From contig CAWEQH010000008.1 of assembly GCA_963811165.1 (NCBI GenBank), positions 352,001-416,000 of the forward strand: a DNA stretch of 64,000 nt, read 5' to 3'. This DNA comes from an uncultured Nitrospiraceae bacterium (GTDB lineage: Bacteria > Nitrospirota > Thermodesulfovibrionia > Thermodesulfovibrionales > UBA6898). Under the pieces are notes generated by a model. That model did not search any database. It was given only the letters and a program-made list of their open reading frames with translations, and was not told where the DNA came from. Position 1 is the stretch's first letter. Each line of letters begins with the position of its first letter. A program made the translations under genes and the position numbers. Positions 38,854-49,540 of this stretch are shown here, one piece after another.

Positions 38854-40391
38854 TATACCTCCTGTGTTACCCTGAGTACCTCGCTGAGAGTTGTGGTCCC
38901 TTCCCTTATCTTTTCAATACCGTCTTCCAGAAGAGTTCGCATCCCGTGCTGCTTGGCCGAGTCTCTGAGCTGGTTGGAGTCAGCGCTCTTGAGGATCAGT
39001 CTGCGGACGTCGTCATCCACAAGCAGCAGCTCGAAGATCCCCAACCTGCCGAAGTAGCCTGTATAGGCACAGTGTTCGCAGCCTTTTCCCGTATAGATAG
39101 TAACATCACTGCTGATCCCGAGCTTCTCGAGACCTTCCCTGTCGGCGGACGTGTCCACCGTCTTACAGGATGGGCAGATGATCCTTACAAGCCTTTGCGC
39201 GAGAATTCCCCTGACGGTAGAGGACAGGAGAAAATTCTCGACCCCCATATCCAGCAGCCTCGTGATGGCAGTCGGCGCGTCGTTCGTATGCAGCGTCGAA
39301 AAAACAAGATGGCCTGTCAGTGCAGACTGGATCGCTATCTCGGCGGTTTCGAGGTCCCTGATCTCGCCGATCATGATGATGTCGGGGTCCTGCCTTACGA
39401 TATGGCGCAGCGTGCTGGCAAAATTCAGGCCGATCTGAGGCTTGACCTGGATCTGGTTTACTCCCTTGAGCTGGTATTCGACAGGGTCCTCAACCGTGAT
39501 TATCTTTCTGTCCGGCGAGTTTATCTTGTCGAGCGCGCCGTAAAGGGTTGTTGTTTTTCCGCTGCCGGTCGGACCGGTGACAAGTATGATGCCGTTAGGT
39601 TTTGTGATGACCTGGTTGAAACCTTCGAGAGTTGCCTGCGGAAAACCGAGAAGATCGAGATCTACTACGATGCCTTCTTTATGAAGTATCCTCATGACTA
39701 TGCTCTCTCCGTGCATAACCGGTATGGTCGAAACCCTGAGGTCGACTTCTTTCGTGCCTACCTTGAGCTTTATCCTGCCGTCCTGGGGGAGTCTTCTCTC
39801 GGCGATATTGAGCTTTGCCATGATCTTTAACCTCGAAACTATCGCAGCCTGCAGTTTCTTCGGCGTGGATTCGGTTTCGTGCAGGACACCGTCTATGCGG
39901 TACCTGACCTTCAGTTCATCCTCGAAGGGTTCTATATGGATATCGCTCGCCCTGCTCTCGATCGCCCTGGTCAGCACGAGGTTGACGAGTCTGATGATCG
40001 GCGCCTCCGAGGCGAGGTCTTTCAAATGCCCGACATCTTCCTCTTCCTCCTTGACGAACTCAAACCCCCTCTCCCCCATGTCCTCGACTATCTTGTTTAT
40101 GTTTTGGGGCTCGTTGCCGTAAAACTTGGCTATATAATCGCTGAGGGCCTTTGGATCGGCGGCATACACCGTAACCTCTGCCGAGGTTGCCACCCTCAGG
40201 GCATCGATAGTCTGGCCGTCTTCGGGGTTTGCCATCGCCACCTTCAGTCTGTTTTGCTTGAGTTCCAGAGGAACGATCAGGCTCTCTCGAATAAAACGGG
40301 AAGATATACCGTTCAGGACAAAAGGGACCTTAGGCAGGTCTTCGGCCATCAGAAAGGGACTATTTACCGCGGCGGTATCTGAATCGGACAT
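38853..40391 (-). CDS. gspE: Type II secretion ATPase GspE
   Basis: ASDIHIEP, RLPQDG, GPTGSGKTTT, EDPVEY, RQDPD, GEIRD, TLHTN; CPSC/CEHC zinc motif. Confidence 0.95.
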   Translation of the reverse strand: MSDSDTAAVNSPFLMAEDLPKVPFVLNGISSRFIRESLIVPLELKQNRLKVAMANPEDGQTIDALRVATSAEVTVYAADPKALSDYIAKFYGNEPQNINKIVEDMGERGFEFVKEEEEDVGHLKDLASEAPIIRLVNLVLTRAIESRASDIHIEPFEDELKVRYRIDGVLHETESTPKKLQAAIVSRLKIMAKLNIAERRLPQDGRIKLKVGTKEVDLRVSTIPVMHGESIVMRILHKEGIVVDLDLLGFPQATLEGFNQVITKPNGIILVTGPTGSGKTTTLYGALDKINSPDRKIITVEDPVEYQLKGVNQIQVKPQIGLNFASTLRHIVRQDPDIIMIGEIRDLETAEIAIQSALTGHLVFSTLHTNDAPTAITRLLDMGVENFLLSSTVRGILAQRLVRIICPSCKTVDTSADREGLEKLGISSDVTIYTGKGCEHCAYTGYFGRLGIFELLLVDDDVRRLILKSADSNQLRDSAKQHGMRTLLEDGIEKIREGTTTLSEVLRVTQEV

Positions 40392-40525
40392 ACAAAAAGT
40401 ATACCATAGGGGGGAATTTTTTTACCAAGAACAGGCCCTAAGGCTCCGCAGCTAAAGGTAATTTCAGTAAAAGAAAGCATTACTGTATAATACCTGGGAA
40501 AGAGGACAAAGGCACGATCAATAGC

Positions 40526-41428
40526 ATGACAAGCGTCATTATTCCTATAAAAAGCGCCGGCAATGAGGTGCGTGATCTTTTGGCCAAATTAAAGGCACAG
40601 ACCATCCAGTCAGAGATAATAATTGTCGACTCTTCGTGCTCTGATGAAGCAGCCGGTATTGCCGGATCTTTCGGCGCGAGGTTGGTGAAGGTCAAAAAGG
40701 GGGAGTTCGACCACGGAGGCACACGGACCATGGCGGCAAAAGTGGCGAAAGGCGACATCCTGATTTTTTTCACACAGGACGTTTTGCCCTTCGATGACCG
40801 GTCGACTGAAAACCTCGTGCGGCCTTTCGAGGACGAGACTGTTGGGGCGGCATTCGGAAGACAGGTGCCTTATCCCGATGCCTCACCCTTTGCGGCGCAC
40901 CTCAGACTTTTCAATTACCCGGAAACGTCCTCTCTTCGGAGCATAGCGGACAAAGAAAAATTTAAGATCAAGACCCCATTTTTATCGAATGCGTTTTCGG
41001 CGTACAGGAAAAAAGCCCTTCTCGAAGTCGGCGGGTTCAAGGAGAGACTGATCTTGGCAGAGGATACCTATGCGGGCGCTAAATTATTGCTCGCGGGGTA
41101 CAAGATAGCCTATACGGCAGATGCAGCGGTCTACCACTCGCACAATTATACGGCCTTCCAGGAATTTCAGAGGTACTTCGACATCGGCGTCTTTCACGAA
41201 AGCGAAGGGTGGATACTGGAAGAGTTCGGCAGGGCGGAAGGCGAAGGGATGCGGTACGTAAGGTCGGGGATTTCGTTCCTGATACATCATGGGAAACGCC
41301 ATCTTCTCCCGGAATTCATGATACGAAATTTTATGAAGTACACCGGATATTTTATGGGAAGGAACTTTGAGAGACTTCCTTTGGGACTGACGAGGAGGCT
41401 TAGCATGCACCGGCACTGGTGGGGATGA
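40526..41428 (+). CDS. GT2 glycosyltransferase (rhamnosyltransferase-like)
   Basis: VDS, FDHGGTR, TQD, GRQ, AED, HSHNY, RYFDIG. Confidence 0.88.
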   Translation: MTSVIIPIKSAGNEVRDLLAKLKAQTIQSEIIIVDSSCSDEAAGIAGSFGARLVKVKKGEFDHGGTRTMAAKVAKGDILIFFTQDVLPFDDRSTENLVRPFEDETVGAAFGRQVPYPDASPFAAHLRLFNYPETSSLRSIADKEKFKIKTPFLSNAFSAYRKKALLEVGGFKERLILAEDTYAGAKLLLAGYKIAYTADAAVYHSHNYTAFQEFQRYFDIGVFHESEGWILEEFGRAEGEGMRYVRSGISFLIHHGKRHLLPEFMIRNFMKYTGYFMGRNFERLPLGLTRRLSMHRHWWG

Positions 41429-41558
41429 ATAACCGCTGAATCCGCTCTGATGCAGCAATCACGCAAAATTGGTGGTCATGGCTGACCGGTTCTCTGGCGG
41501 AAAAAAGGCGCATTATTTATAATAAGGAAGTTGACTTCTGACGGCGTGGAGAGGCGTA

Positions 41559-42041
41559 ATGGTTCCCAAAAAAAAGAAAAAGCAGTTAAGGCCCGGATGG
41601 GACGAATATTTTATCAATATCGCCAAGGCGGTCTCTGCGCGCGCAACGTGCCTCAGGCGCAGATACGGCGCGGTCATTACAAAGGACAATATTATCGTCA
41701 GCACCGGGTATAATGGGGCGGCATCGGGGGTTAAGGACTGTATGGACGTCGGCAAGTGTACGAGGAAGGAACTGCAGATACCGCACGGCGAGCGGTACGA
41801 GCTCTGCCATAGCGTGCACGCCGAGGCGAATGCGATAATCCGGGCCTCTGCTGATGAACTGACAGGCGCAACTATTTATATATCAGGGGCGGACAGCGGG
41901 GCGGGCGAATGTCTTTCCGAGCCCTGCATGATGTGCAAGAGGATGATCCTGAACGCAGGGATAGTAAAGGTTGTCTACTCAGACGGCGACGGCTCGTATC
42001 ATCTCATTAAGCCCGCGCAGTGGCTCAAGAAGCGCATCTGA
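41559..42041 (+). CDS. dCMP deaminase (ComEB family)
   Basis: RPGWDEYF, TGYNG, HAEANA, PCMMC. Confidence 0.93.
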   Translation: MVPKKKKKQLRPGWDEYFINIAKAVSARATCLRRRYGAVITKDNIIVSTGYNGAASGVKDCMDVGKCTRKELQIPHGERYELCHSVHAEANAIIRASADELTGATIYISGADSGAGECLSEPCMMCKRMILNAGIVKVVYSDGDGSYHLIKPAQWLKKRI

Positions 42042-42067
42042 AGTTCCCGTCCAAACTGTTCAAATAT

Positions 42068-44302
42068 TTATTCCGCAAGCCATTTCCTCAGCAGGAACTT
42101 CGCGCCTTCCTTGTCGAGAGGCTCGTTTCTGTTTCCGCACTGGGCGTCCTGCACGCATGACGGACAGCCGCCCGTACAGGGACACTCCTCGATAATTTTG
42201 AGCGTGGCAGTCAGCCATTCTCCGGGGCATTCGACGGCCCTTTTTGAGAGTCCGACCCCGCCCTCATGACCGTCATACACGAAGATCGCAGGAAGGCCGA
42301 AAGCGGGGAACCCTGTATGGCTTAGCCCGCCGATGTCCCCCCGGTCGCATAAGGCAAACAAAGGGATGGAGGCGATTGCCGCATGTTCGACTGCGTGGAG
42401 TGTGCCGCCAAGGTCAAACCCTCCTGATTCTATCTCGCCCTTCGTCTTTCTGTCGATGACGGTCCAGACGCCCTCGGTCTCAAACACATACTCGGGCAGG
42501 GTGAGATCGTGAGTAGAGATCCTTACCCTGTCGAAAATCCGTTTCCTGTCATACCCCGTAACCTTGTGCGTCATCCTGAGGGCGCCCCAACTGAATTCGG
42601 TGCGGCCGAATCTCCTCTTCCCCTGTTCTTCGATGATCTCAGTTTCTCCACCGCTTAGGGGCTGAGTGTAGTAGTGTGATTTGACTTCTTGGCAGACGGC
42701 CTTCTTTTTTGTGATGTCGAGTTCGAGGACCCTGAACTGCCTGCCCCGATGAAGGTATATCGCACCCGGAAATGCCTCCTTAAAGACCCTCCAGCCGCTC
42801 AGTTCCCCAATCTGCCGGCCGCCTTCGTTTACGAGAGCAAAACGATCGCCCACTGCCCTAATTGCCACTTCCCGGTGCGGGTGTTTGTTCACGGAAAACC
42901 AGACATCCCCTTTTTTTCCCGGGGATAGTCCGTCTTCGGCCGTCAGTTCATCGATAACAGGCATATGCCTGTTCATATCATATACGGCATCGTCCCTCCT
43001 TAGGGGAAGTTCTGCTGCCGCGCATGCGAGATGTTTTTTCAGTATGTTTCTGTTCTCTGCATCGATCACTGCGGCCTCATGGCTCTTTGCGAAGAACTCC
43101 TCAGGGTGTCTCATGAAATAATGATCGAGCGCGTCCTGGGCGGCTATGAGGACCACAACGGATTCCTCTCCCTGTCTTCCGACGCGGCCCGCCCTCTGCC
43201 ATGTACTCGATACCGAGCCCGGATACCCGCAGAGGATACAGCAGTCAAGTCCCCCTATGTCGACCCCGAGTTCGAGGGCGCTGGTGGAGACCACTCCGAG
43301 GAGTTCCCCGCTGAACAGTTTCGCCTCGATCTCGCGCCTCTCTTTCGGGAGGAACCCCGCCCTGTACGGGCTGATCTTTGTCGCCAGCTCAGGTACGTAA
43401 TTCAGTGTCCAGGTGTAGATGAGTTCCGTTATCTTTCGCGCCCTCGTAAAGACTATTGTCCTTATGCCGGCCCTCAGACATTGTGCGAAAAGCCGTGTGG
43501 CCACGGTATAAGGGCTCTCTATCGGATTGACGAGGAAGAAATGTTTTCCTGCCGAGGGCGCCCCGCTTTCCTGGACCGTCTCGAAGGGAAGACCGGTGAG
43601 GTCCCCGGCCAGCCTGGACGGGTCCGCTATGGTTGCGGAGGCGGCGACGAACCTGGGAGATGATCCGTAAAAATCGCAGATCCTTCTCAGCCTCCGAAAC
43701 ACCTGCGCGACATGAGACCCGAAGACCCCGCGGTAACTGTGGACCTCGTCAACCACTATGAATTTAAGATTCCGAAAAAATTCTTCCCATTTTTTGTGGA
43801 AAGGCATGATCGCAAGATGCAGCATGTCGGGGTTCGTGAAGATAACGTGTGGAAGGGATTCACGGATATTCCTTCTGGCAAAGGAGGCAGTGTCTCCATC
43901 GTACACCTTTCCCGTCTCACCCATACCGAGAAGACCGGAAAGCTCATTAAGGTTTCTCAACTGGTCCTGTTCGAGCCCCTTCAGGGGAAAAAGGTAGAGC
44001 GCAGTGCTTTGGGGGTCGTCCATTATGGTCTCCAGTACCGGTATGTTGTACGCCAGGCTCTTGCCGCTGGCCGTGGGGGTCATCAGGACCACGTTCCTGC
44101 ACCCTCTTATGAGATTGACAGTCGCTGTCTGGTGGAGGTAAAGGCGGTCGATCCCGCTTTGAGAAAAGGCAACCCTGAACTTGTCACTGATCGTGAGTTC
44201 GCCATAGCGGGCGGGTACCGGCGGAATATATTTATATCCCGCGACCTGGAGCTGAAATTCCCTGTCTTCATCGAGGAACTTGAGAAAGTCTTTAATAGGC
44301 AT
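42068..44302 (-). CDS. DEAH-box helicase with C-terminal DUF1998 (MrfA/Hrq1-like)
   Basis: TASGKS, TNPDMLH, DEVH, SAT, QRAGRVGR, HAVEHA, CPC..GCPSC..C..N.PLDK. ATG 44365 is an alternative start. Confidence 0.93.
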   Translation of the reverse strand: MPIKDFLKFLDEDREFQLQVAGYKYIPPVPARYGELTISDKFRVAFSQSGIDRLYLHQTATVNLIRGCRNVVLMTPTASGKSLAYNIPVLETIMDDPQSTALYLFPLKGLEQDQLRNLNELSGLLGMGETGKVYDGDTASFARRNIRESLPHVIFTNPDMLHLAIMPFHKKWEEFFRNLKFIVVDEVHSYRGVFGSHVAQVFRRLRRICDFYGSSPRFVAASATIADPSRLAGDLTGLPFETVQESGAPSAGKHFFLVNPIESPYTVATRLFAQCLRAGIRTIVFTRARKITELIYTWTLNYVPELATKISPYRAGFLPKERREIEAKLFSGELLGVVSTSALELGVDIGGLDCCILCGYPGSVSSTWQRAGRVGRQGEESVVVLIAAQDALDHYFMRHPEEFFAKSHEAAVIDAENRNILKKHLACAAAELPLRRDDAVYDMNRHMPVIDELTAEDGLSPGKKGDVWFSVNKHPHREVAIRAVGDRFALVNEGGRQIGELSGWRVFKEAFPGAIYLHRGRQFRVLELDITKKKAVCQEVKSHYYTQPLSGGETEIIEEQGKRRFGRTEFSWGALRMTHKVTGYDRKRIFDRVRISTHDLTLPEYVFETEGVWTVIDRKTKGEIESGGFDLGGTLHAVEHAAIASIPLFALCDRGDIGGLSHTGFPAFGLPAIFVYDGHEGGVGLSKRAVECPGEWLTATLKIIEECPCTGGCPSCVQDAQCGNRNEPLDKEGAKFLLRKWLAE

Positions 44303-44551
44303 ATCTGATTTTAATACATAAGTGAGATGGAAAACCTGTTTCAGAGGCTTTACCAAAGCCGTCATTAAAAAAGCCGATTACGGCATTCTCATTCGCTTCG
44401 CTCCGGGCATCCCCGCTATGCGAAACCTGCTGAAGCCGTTCGAATGTCCCCGGCGCAAAGTTACGATGGCTCCCGGCTTCGGTTTCCGATGAGGGCCAGT
44501 TGTCCGTAATTGTGATAATATAAACTAAAGGGAAAGAGAGGGGGTTTTATT

Positions 44552-45004
44552 ATGAAAAGACCAGTCATAGTGATGGTAGTTGCCGTGCTGCTTTTTGGTT
44601 CCTTTGCCTTAGCCGACAGCGGCGTTAAATGGTATACGCTAGCCGAAGGTCAGCTAAAGTCAAAGGCGGAAGGCAAACCGGTCATCGTCGATTTCTTTTT
44701 CGGGAAGGGTTGTCCGAGGTGCGAATTTCTCGAAAAAGAGGTTTACCGCAACCCCTCCATCGCCAAAAAGATAATGGAAGATTTTATCCCTATAAGGATA
44801 GACCTGACCAAGAAACTCTCCAAAGAGGAAAAGGAGTTGGGAGAGAAATACGAATTCAAGAACGACTGTCTGCTCATTTTCCTTGATCGAAGCGGCAACC
44901 TCGTGAAAGACGCGACCGGGAAAAAACTCTGTTTTATCGACAAAGTGGACCCGGACGAATTTATCAAGTATCTCGATACAGTGAAGTCCGGAATGGGCAA
45001 ATAA
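44552..45004 (+). CDS. Exported thioredoxin-like protein
   Basis: Signal peptide, KPVIVDF...CPRC. Confidence 0.85.
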   Translation: MKRPVIVMVVAVLLFGSFALADSGVKWYTLAEGQLKSKAEGKPVIVDFFFGKGCPRCEFLEKEVYRNPSIAKKIMEDFIPIRIDLTKKLSKEEKELGEKYEFKNDCLLIFLDRSGNLVKDATGKKLCFIDKVDPDEFIKYLDTVKSGMGK

Positions 45005-45030
45005 GAGATGAGTGCTCAGTGATGCCGTAT

Positions 45031-45060
45031 TTGACATCCTAAAGGACAATGAGTTATTCT
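45031..45060 (+). promoter_or_regulatory. Sigma70 promoter of the tRNA gene
   Basis: TTGACA-18 bp-TATTCT ending 12 bp before the tRNA. Confidence 0.6.
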
Positions 45061-45072
45061 TAGTACCTCGAT

Positions 45073-45149
<77 letters not shown>

Positions 45150-45160
45150 ATTAAAATCAA

Positions 45161-45187
45161 GGGTCTGCAGAAATGCAGGCCTTTTTT
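45161..45187 (+). terminator. Terminator after the tRNA
   Basis: GGTCTGCA-GAAA-TGCAGGCC followed by T6. Confidence 0.75.
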
Positions 45188-45309
45188 GTTCCCCTGACCG
45201 AAGCAACCGGTAGGTATGCTTCTACCATCTCGCTTAAGGTGATCGAAGGCTGACGATTTTCTGGAAGGGCTGAATAAATACCGCCCGGTTTCCCGAAGGG
45301 GAGTCAGCC

Positions 45310-46743
45310 CTACGTCGTCCCGGTCACGTGCGAATCGACTTGAATGCCTTTCTTCTTTAGCTTATCGAGCAGGGTTGTCCGGTTGAGTCCGAGAAGCAGC
45401 GCCGCATTTTTTTTGACGCCTCCCGCTTTTTTCATTGCCTGAAGGATCAAGTCTTTTTCTATCCCGTCGATGAAGGCGTTCATGTCAATTCCCTCCCGGG
45501 GAAGAACGATCCCGCACCGGGGCCCGGGTGCATTTCCCGCTTCCTTGGCAGGGGCTTCCACCGGCGAAGGCGATCCATCGAGGAAACGTTCAGGGAGGTC
45601 TTCCGTCGAAACGAGGCCGTCGTCGTCAAGGATAACCAATCTTTCTATCAGGTTCTCGAGTTCCCTGACATTGCCCGGCCAGCTGTAGTTCATAAAGTGA
45701 TCAAATACCGTCGGACTTATCGTCAGCGGTTTCTTCTTTTTCCTTCTGCAGATGTCGCTCATAAAGTGTTCAATCAAAACGGCGATATCTTCCTTTCTCT
45801 CCCTTAGCGGAGGGATATGCAGGGGTATCACGTTAAGGCGATAGTACAGGTCTTCCCTGAAAGTGCCTTCTCTTGTTGCCTTCAGAAGGTCTTTATTCGT
45901 TGCCGCCAGTATTCTTACATCCGCCTTTATGGTTTTTGTGCCGCCCACCCGCTCAAACTCCCTTTCCTGCAGCACCCTGAGGATCTTTGCCTGGAGGTTG
46001 GGATGGAGCTCGCCCACCTCATCGAGAAGGAGGGTGCCGCCGTCGGCGAGTTCGAAGCGGCCCTTTCTTGTGGTGAGCGCCCCCGTAAATGAGCCCTTTT
46101 CGTGTCCGAACAGCTCAGACTCAAGAAGGTCTTTGGGAATAGCGGCGCAGTTTAAAGGGATAAACGGTTTAAAGGACCTCGAACTGTTAAAGTGTATCGT
46201 CTTTGCGACGATCTCCTTTCCGGTGCCGCTTTCTCCATAAATGATCACAGTGCTTTCCGTATCCGCTATCTTTTCGATGAATTTATGAAGTTTCTCAATC
46301 TGGGGGGAGGTCCCGATGAGGCCGTGAAAATCGTATCGGCTCTTAAGTTGTTTTTTGAGCATCTCATTTTCTTTCTGAAGCTTCGAGATATTCAGGGCCC
46401 TTTTTATGAGGATAAGCAACTCTTCGTACAGAAAAGGTTTTGTGACATAGTCAAACGCCCCGAGTTTCATCGCCTCAACCGCGGTCTGCACAGTGGCATA
46501 GGCGGTCATGACGATAGAGGGCACCTGGATATGAAGCGCAGCAGCCTCCTTCAGGACTTCGAGTCCGCCCATCCCCGGCATAATGAGGTCCACAAGAAAG
46601 ACATCGAAATGTTCATGCTTCAGCAGTTCGAGCCCGGTCGCTCCGTCCGCAGCCGTGTCGACGCGGAATCCTTCGCCGATAAAAAAAATACTTAGTGCAT
46701 CCCTTATGGATTCGGTATCGTCTATTACCAGAATGTTATGCAT
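45310..46743 (-). CDS. Sigma54-dependent response regulator (REC-AAA+-HTH; NtrC/FlrA-like)
   Basis: REC domain, GESGTGKE, ELFGHEKGSFTGA, WPGNVREL, AALLLGLNRTTL. Confidence 0.95.
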   Translation of the reverse strand: MHNILVIDDTESIRDALSIFFIGEGFRVDTAADGATGLELLKHEHFDVFLVDLIMPGMGGLEVLKEAAALHIQVPSIVMTAYATVQTAVEAMKLGAFDYVTKPFLYEELLILIKRALNISKLQKENEMLKKQLKSRYDFHGLIGTSPQIEKLHKFIEKIADTESTVIIYGESGTGKEIVAKTIHFNSSRSFKPFIPLNCAAIPKDLLESELFGHEKGSFTGALTTRKGRFELADGGTLLLDEVGELHPNLQAKILRVLQEREFERVGGTKTIKADVRILAATNKDLLKATREGTFREDLYYRLNVIPLHIPPLRERKEDIAVLIEHFMSDICRRKKKKPLTISPTVFDHFMNYSWPGNVRELENLIERLVILDDDGLVSTEDLPERFLDGSPSPVEAPAKEAGNAPGPRCGIVLPREGIDMNAFIDGIEKDLILQAMKKAGGVKKNAALLLGLNRTTLLDKLKKKGIQVDSHVTGTT

Positions 46744-47896
46744 GGTCTTCCTGTGAGGATGCCTGTAGAGGCCGCGTCATGATTTTATCTCCCTTCCATC
46801 TGAAGGGGAAGCGCACGACGTAGGTTGTTCCCCTGTCTGTGCTGCTTTCTATTGTAACCTCTCCCATATGCTCAGATACAATCTGTTTGACCACCTGTAG
46901 TCCGATCCCGAACTTATTTTCCCCTCTGCCGGCGAAAGGATCAAATACCGTATCGGCTATTTCCCGCGGTATGCCGCAGCCTGTGTCTGCGATCTTGATT
47001 ATGACCTTGTCCCCTTCGGCCCCGACCGAGACGGTGATCACGCTGTCCTCCCGGGCCTCTTCAACTGCGTTTCTCATAAGAAGGAGGAAAGCCGTCCTCA
47101 GCAGATCTTTTTCCATATTGATCGGCAGAGGGTCTCCGGGATAATCGGCAGCGATCCTTACCCGCTTATTCGCTGCTTCCCTCTCTGTAATAGAGACAGC
47201 TCTCCCCACGATCCCACCGATATCTTCGTACTGGAAATTCCGTCCCTTGCATCCCAGGAGCGCCTGAAAATCTTTCACCAGTATCTCCAGTTTTTCAGCC
47301 TCGTCCCGGATACGGCAAATATTTTCCCTCGCTTTTTCCGAGATCTCTTCTTTTTCGAGGGTTCTCTTGCACAGCCCTCCGATGACGGATGAGGGGTTCC
47401 TTAGCCGGTCGGCGACGGCCAGCGCCATAATGTGAGCGGTTCTTTCCGCAACGAGACTTTCAATGTTTTGACTGAACTCTTCGAGGATGTGTCTGTATTC
47501 GCTTTCCAGCTGGACAAGGTCTGAGTATCTGGAGGCTTTTTCAACAGCATGCAGCAGTTGCTCGGGCTTGTATGGCTTAATCATGAAATCGAAGGCGCCT
47601 TTTTTTATCGCATCGATGGTCTTGTCCATGTCCGCCTGTCCGGTCATGAGGATCACGGGGATATCGGGGTTCATTTCATGAACCTTTACGAGGAGGTCGA
47701 TCCCCGAAAGCCCTGGCATCACTATGTCCGTGAACACGGCGGCCACATGCAGTTTTTGCAGGCGCTCAAGGGCGTCTGCCGCATTCCTGCAGGCCACCAC
47801 GTAATATCCGCATTCGTTCAGCAGTAGGGAGGTAGCCTCAAGCGCGAAGATATCGTCGTCGACTACAAGGATAGTCCTGTTTGCCTTATCGCCCAT
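46736..47896 (-). CDS. REC plus histidine-kinase-like protein with atypical H-box
   Basis: N-terminal REC (VVDDD, TDIVMP, KP); VADRLRNP where AHELRNP is expected; DTGCGI and GIGL boxes. Confidence 0.85.
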   Translation of the reverse strand: MGDKANRTILVVDDDIFALEATSLLLNECGYYVVACRNAADALERLQKLHVAAVFTDIVMPGLSGIDLLVKVHEMNPDIPVILMTGQADMDKTIDAIKKGAFDFMIKPYKPEQLLHAVEKASRYSDLVQLESEYRHILEEFSQNIESLVAERTAHIMALAVADRLRNPSSVIGGLCKRTLEKEEISEKARENICRIRDEAEKLEILVKDFQALLGCKGRNFQYEDIGGIVGRAVSITEREAANKRVRIAADYPGDPLPINMEKDLLRTAFLLLMRNAVEEAREDSVITVSVGAEGDKVIIKIADTGCGIPREIADTVFDPFAGRGENKFGIGLQVVKQIVSEHMGEVTIESSTDRGTTYVVRFPFRWKGDKIMTRPLQASSQEDHA

Positions 47897-47930
47897 TACA
47901 CCCTTCCGGCGGGGCTATGAAAAACCCGCA

Positions 47931-49250
47931 TCATTTGCCTGATCCGTCCAGAGTTTCCTCATCTTCGACGACGAGCACGACTTTCGGGCCGCCAGGCAGT
48001 GATCTTACCGCCGGTTCGGCGGTAACGACCCCGGCTTTCTCCTCGAGGCGCGGCAGACAGATCGTGAATATCGTGCCTTTTCCCTCTTCGCCCGAAACCA
48101 CTATCTTCCCCTGGTGCTGTTCCACGATCCCGTAGACCGTGGAGAGACCGAGGCCGGTCCCCTTGTCTTTTTCCTTTGTCGTGAAAAACGGGTCGAATAT
48201 AAAGGGCCGTGCGCTTTCAGGTATCCCGGTACCCACATCGCTCACAGAAAGCAGCACGTAACTGCCCGCGGGGATCCCCGCATATCTGGCGGCCGCCTCA
48301 ACGCCGAGATCACGCCCGGAGGTCTCTATCGTCAATTTGCCGCCAGCGGGCATAGCATCACGTGCGTTTAAGGCCAGGTTAATGATTATCTGCTCCATCT
48401 GGGTAGGGTCGGCCCTTACAGTTCCGATATCCGGGGCCAGGAGCGTCACAAGCTCGATATCTTCTCCTATCAGACTCTCAAGCATCTTGCGGATGCCCTT
48501 GACACAGTCATTTAGGTTCAGCACGCGCGGCTCGATGATCTGCTTTCGGCTGAAAGCCAGAAGCTTGTGGGTCATCTCCGCCGCCTTCAGCGCCGAGCCG
48601 CTTATCTTCTGCAAAATCTTGTACTGTGCATCTTCGGGCTTGAGCTTCCGCATAAGGGTCTCCGAGAACCCGATAATCGCGGTCAGATAATTGTTGAAAT
48701 CATGGGCGACGGTACCGGCGAGTCTGCCTATCGACTCCATCTTTTGCGACTGGTAAAGCTGCTCTTCGATCCGCTTTCTCCGGGTGATGTCGGAGATTAA
48801 GCCGTCGTAAGCGACAAGACGCCCGTCTTTGTCGCAACGGGGGACGGACGTGTTCCTGACCCAGCGAATGGAACCGTCTTTATGGATTATGCGGTGTTCG
48901 ATTGCGGGCACAATCTCGCCGGACAGCACTTTTTCGGTCTGTCCCATTACCGCGTCTCTGTCGGGTTCGTAGATCATCCTGTACCAAAGGTACGGGTCTG
49001 AGGCATATTCCTCGGGTGAGTAGCCGGTCAGGTCGACGCAGCCTGCTTTGTGGGAAGTGGCGACGGGAACCCCGTTCTCTATCGTAACTGTGTATATATA
49101 GTCTGTCACAGATTCCAGTAAGCGCTTACACCTTTTTTCACTCTCGATCAGTTTTTCTTCGGCCCGGTTGCGTTCCGACACTTCATGTTCAAGCTCCTCG
49201 TTGAGCCTCCGGATTTTCTCCTTGGCCGCCGTGCGCTTCGCTACCATCAA
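47931..49250 (-). CDS. PAS sensor histidine kinase; C-terminal receiver truncated
   Basis: [45 protein letters not shown]; stops 7 aa after VLVVEDE. Confidence 0.85.
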   Translation of the reverse strand: MMVAKRTAAKEKIRRLNEELEHEVSERNRAEEKLIESEKRCKRLLESVTDYIYTVTIENGVPVATSHKAGCVDLTGYSPEEYASDPYLWYRMIYEPDRDAVMGQTEKVLSGEIVPAIEHRIIHKDGSIRWVRNTSVPRCDKDGRLVAYDGLISDITRRKRIEEQLYQSQKMESIGRLAGTVAHDFNNYLTAIIGFSETLMRKLKPEDAQYKILQKISGSALKAAEMTHKLLAFSRKQIIEPRVLNLNDCVKGIRKMLESLIGEDIELVTLLAPDIGTVRADPTQMEQIIINLALNARDAMPAGGKLTIETSGRDLGVEAAARYAGIPAGSYVLLSVSDVGTGIPESARPFIFDPFFTTKEKDKGTGLGLSTVYGIVEQHQGKIVVSGEEGKGTIFTICLPRLEEKAGVVTAEPAVRSLPGGPKVVLVVEDEETLDGSGK

Positions 49251-49430
49251 CTCCGGTTCCTCTTTGGCCTTCCGGAGGGTCTCTTCACCCTGTTTGCAAT
49301 CGAAGAAAGTCGTAATCCCAGTCCTAATTTCATTTGCCTAAAGGCGCTCCTTCTTTTTCGTTAACGCCGTTATGTCCCCAGAGTAGAGACATATTCACTA
49401 TATTTATATAGTAGCTCTTTTGTTGTGTAT

Positions 49431-49486
49431 GTCAAATTGCTGACGTTCCGACGGTCTACTTATTATCACACTGTCATTTCCTTGAC
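49431..49486. promoter_or_regulatory. Two GTCA-N6-TGAC palindromes (candidate enhancer sites)
   Basis: GTCAAATTGCTGAC at 49431-49444 and GTCATTTCCTTGAC at 49473-49486, 42 bp apart. Confidence 0.6.
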
Positions 49487-49540
49487 GCCGGCAGCTGTGC
49501 CGTCATCCCGCAATAGCCTGAAATGCCATTGTTTTTGGAC

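Noticed and set aside
42068..44302. DUF1998 helicase as a DISARM/Druantia defence component
   Set aside because: Stand-alone MrfA/Hrq1-like architecture with no methylase or other defence partners nearby.
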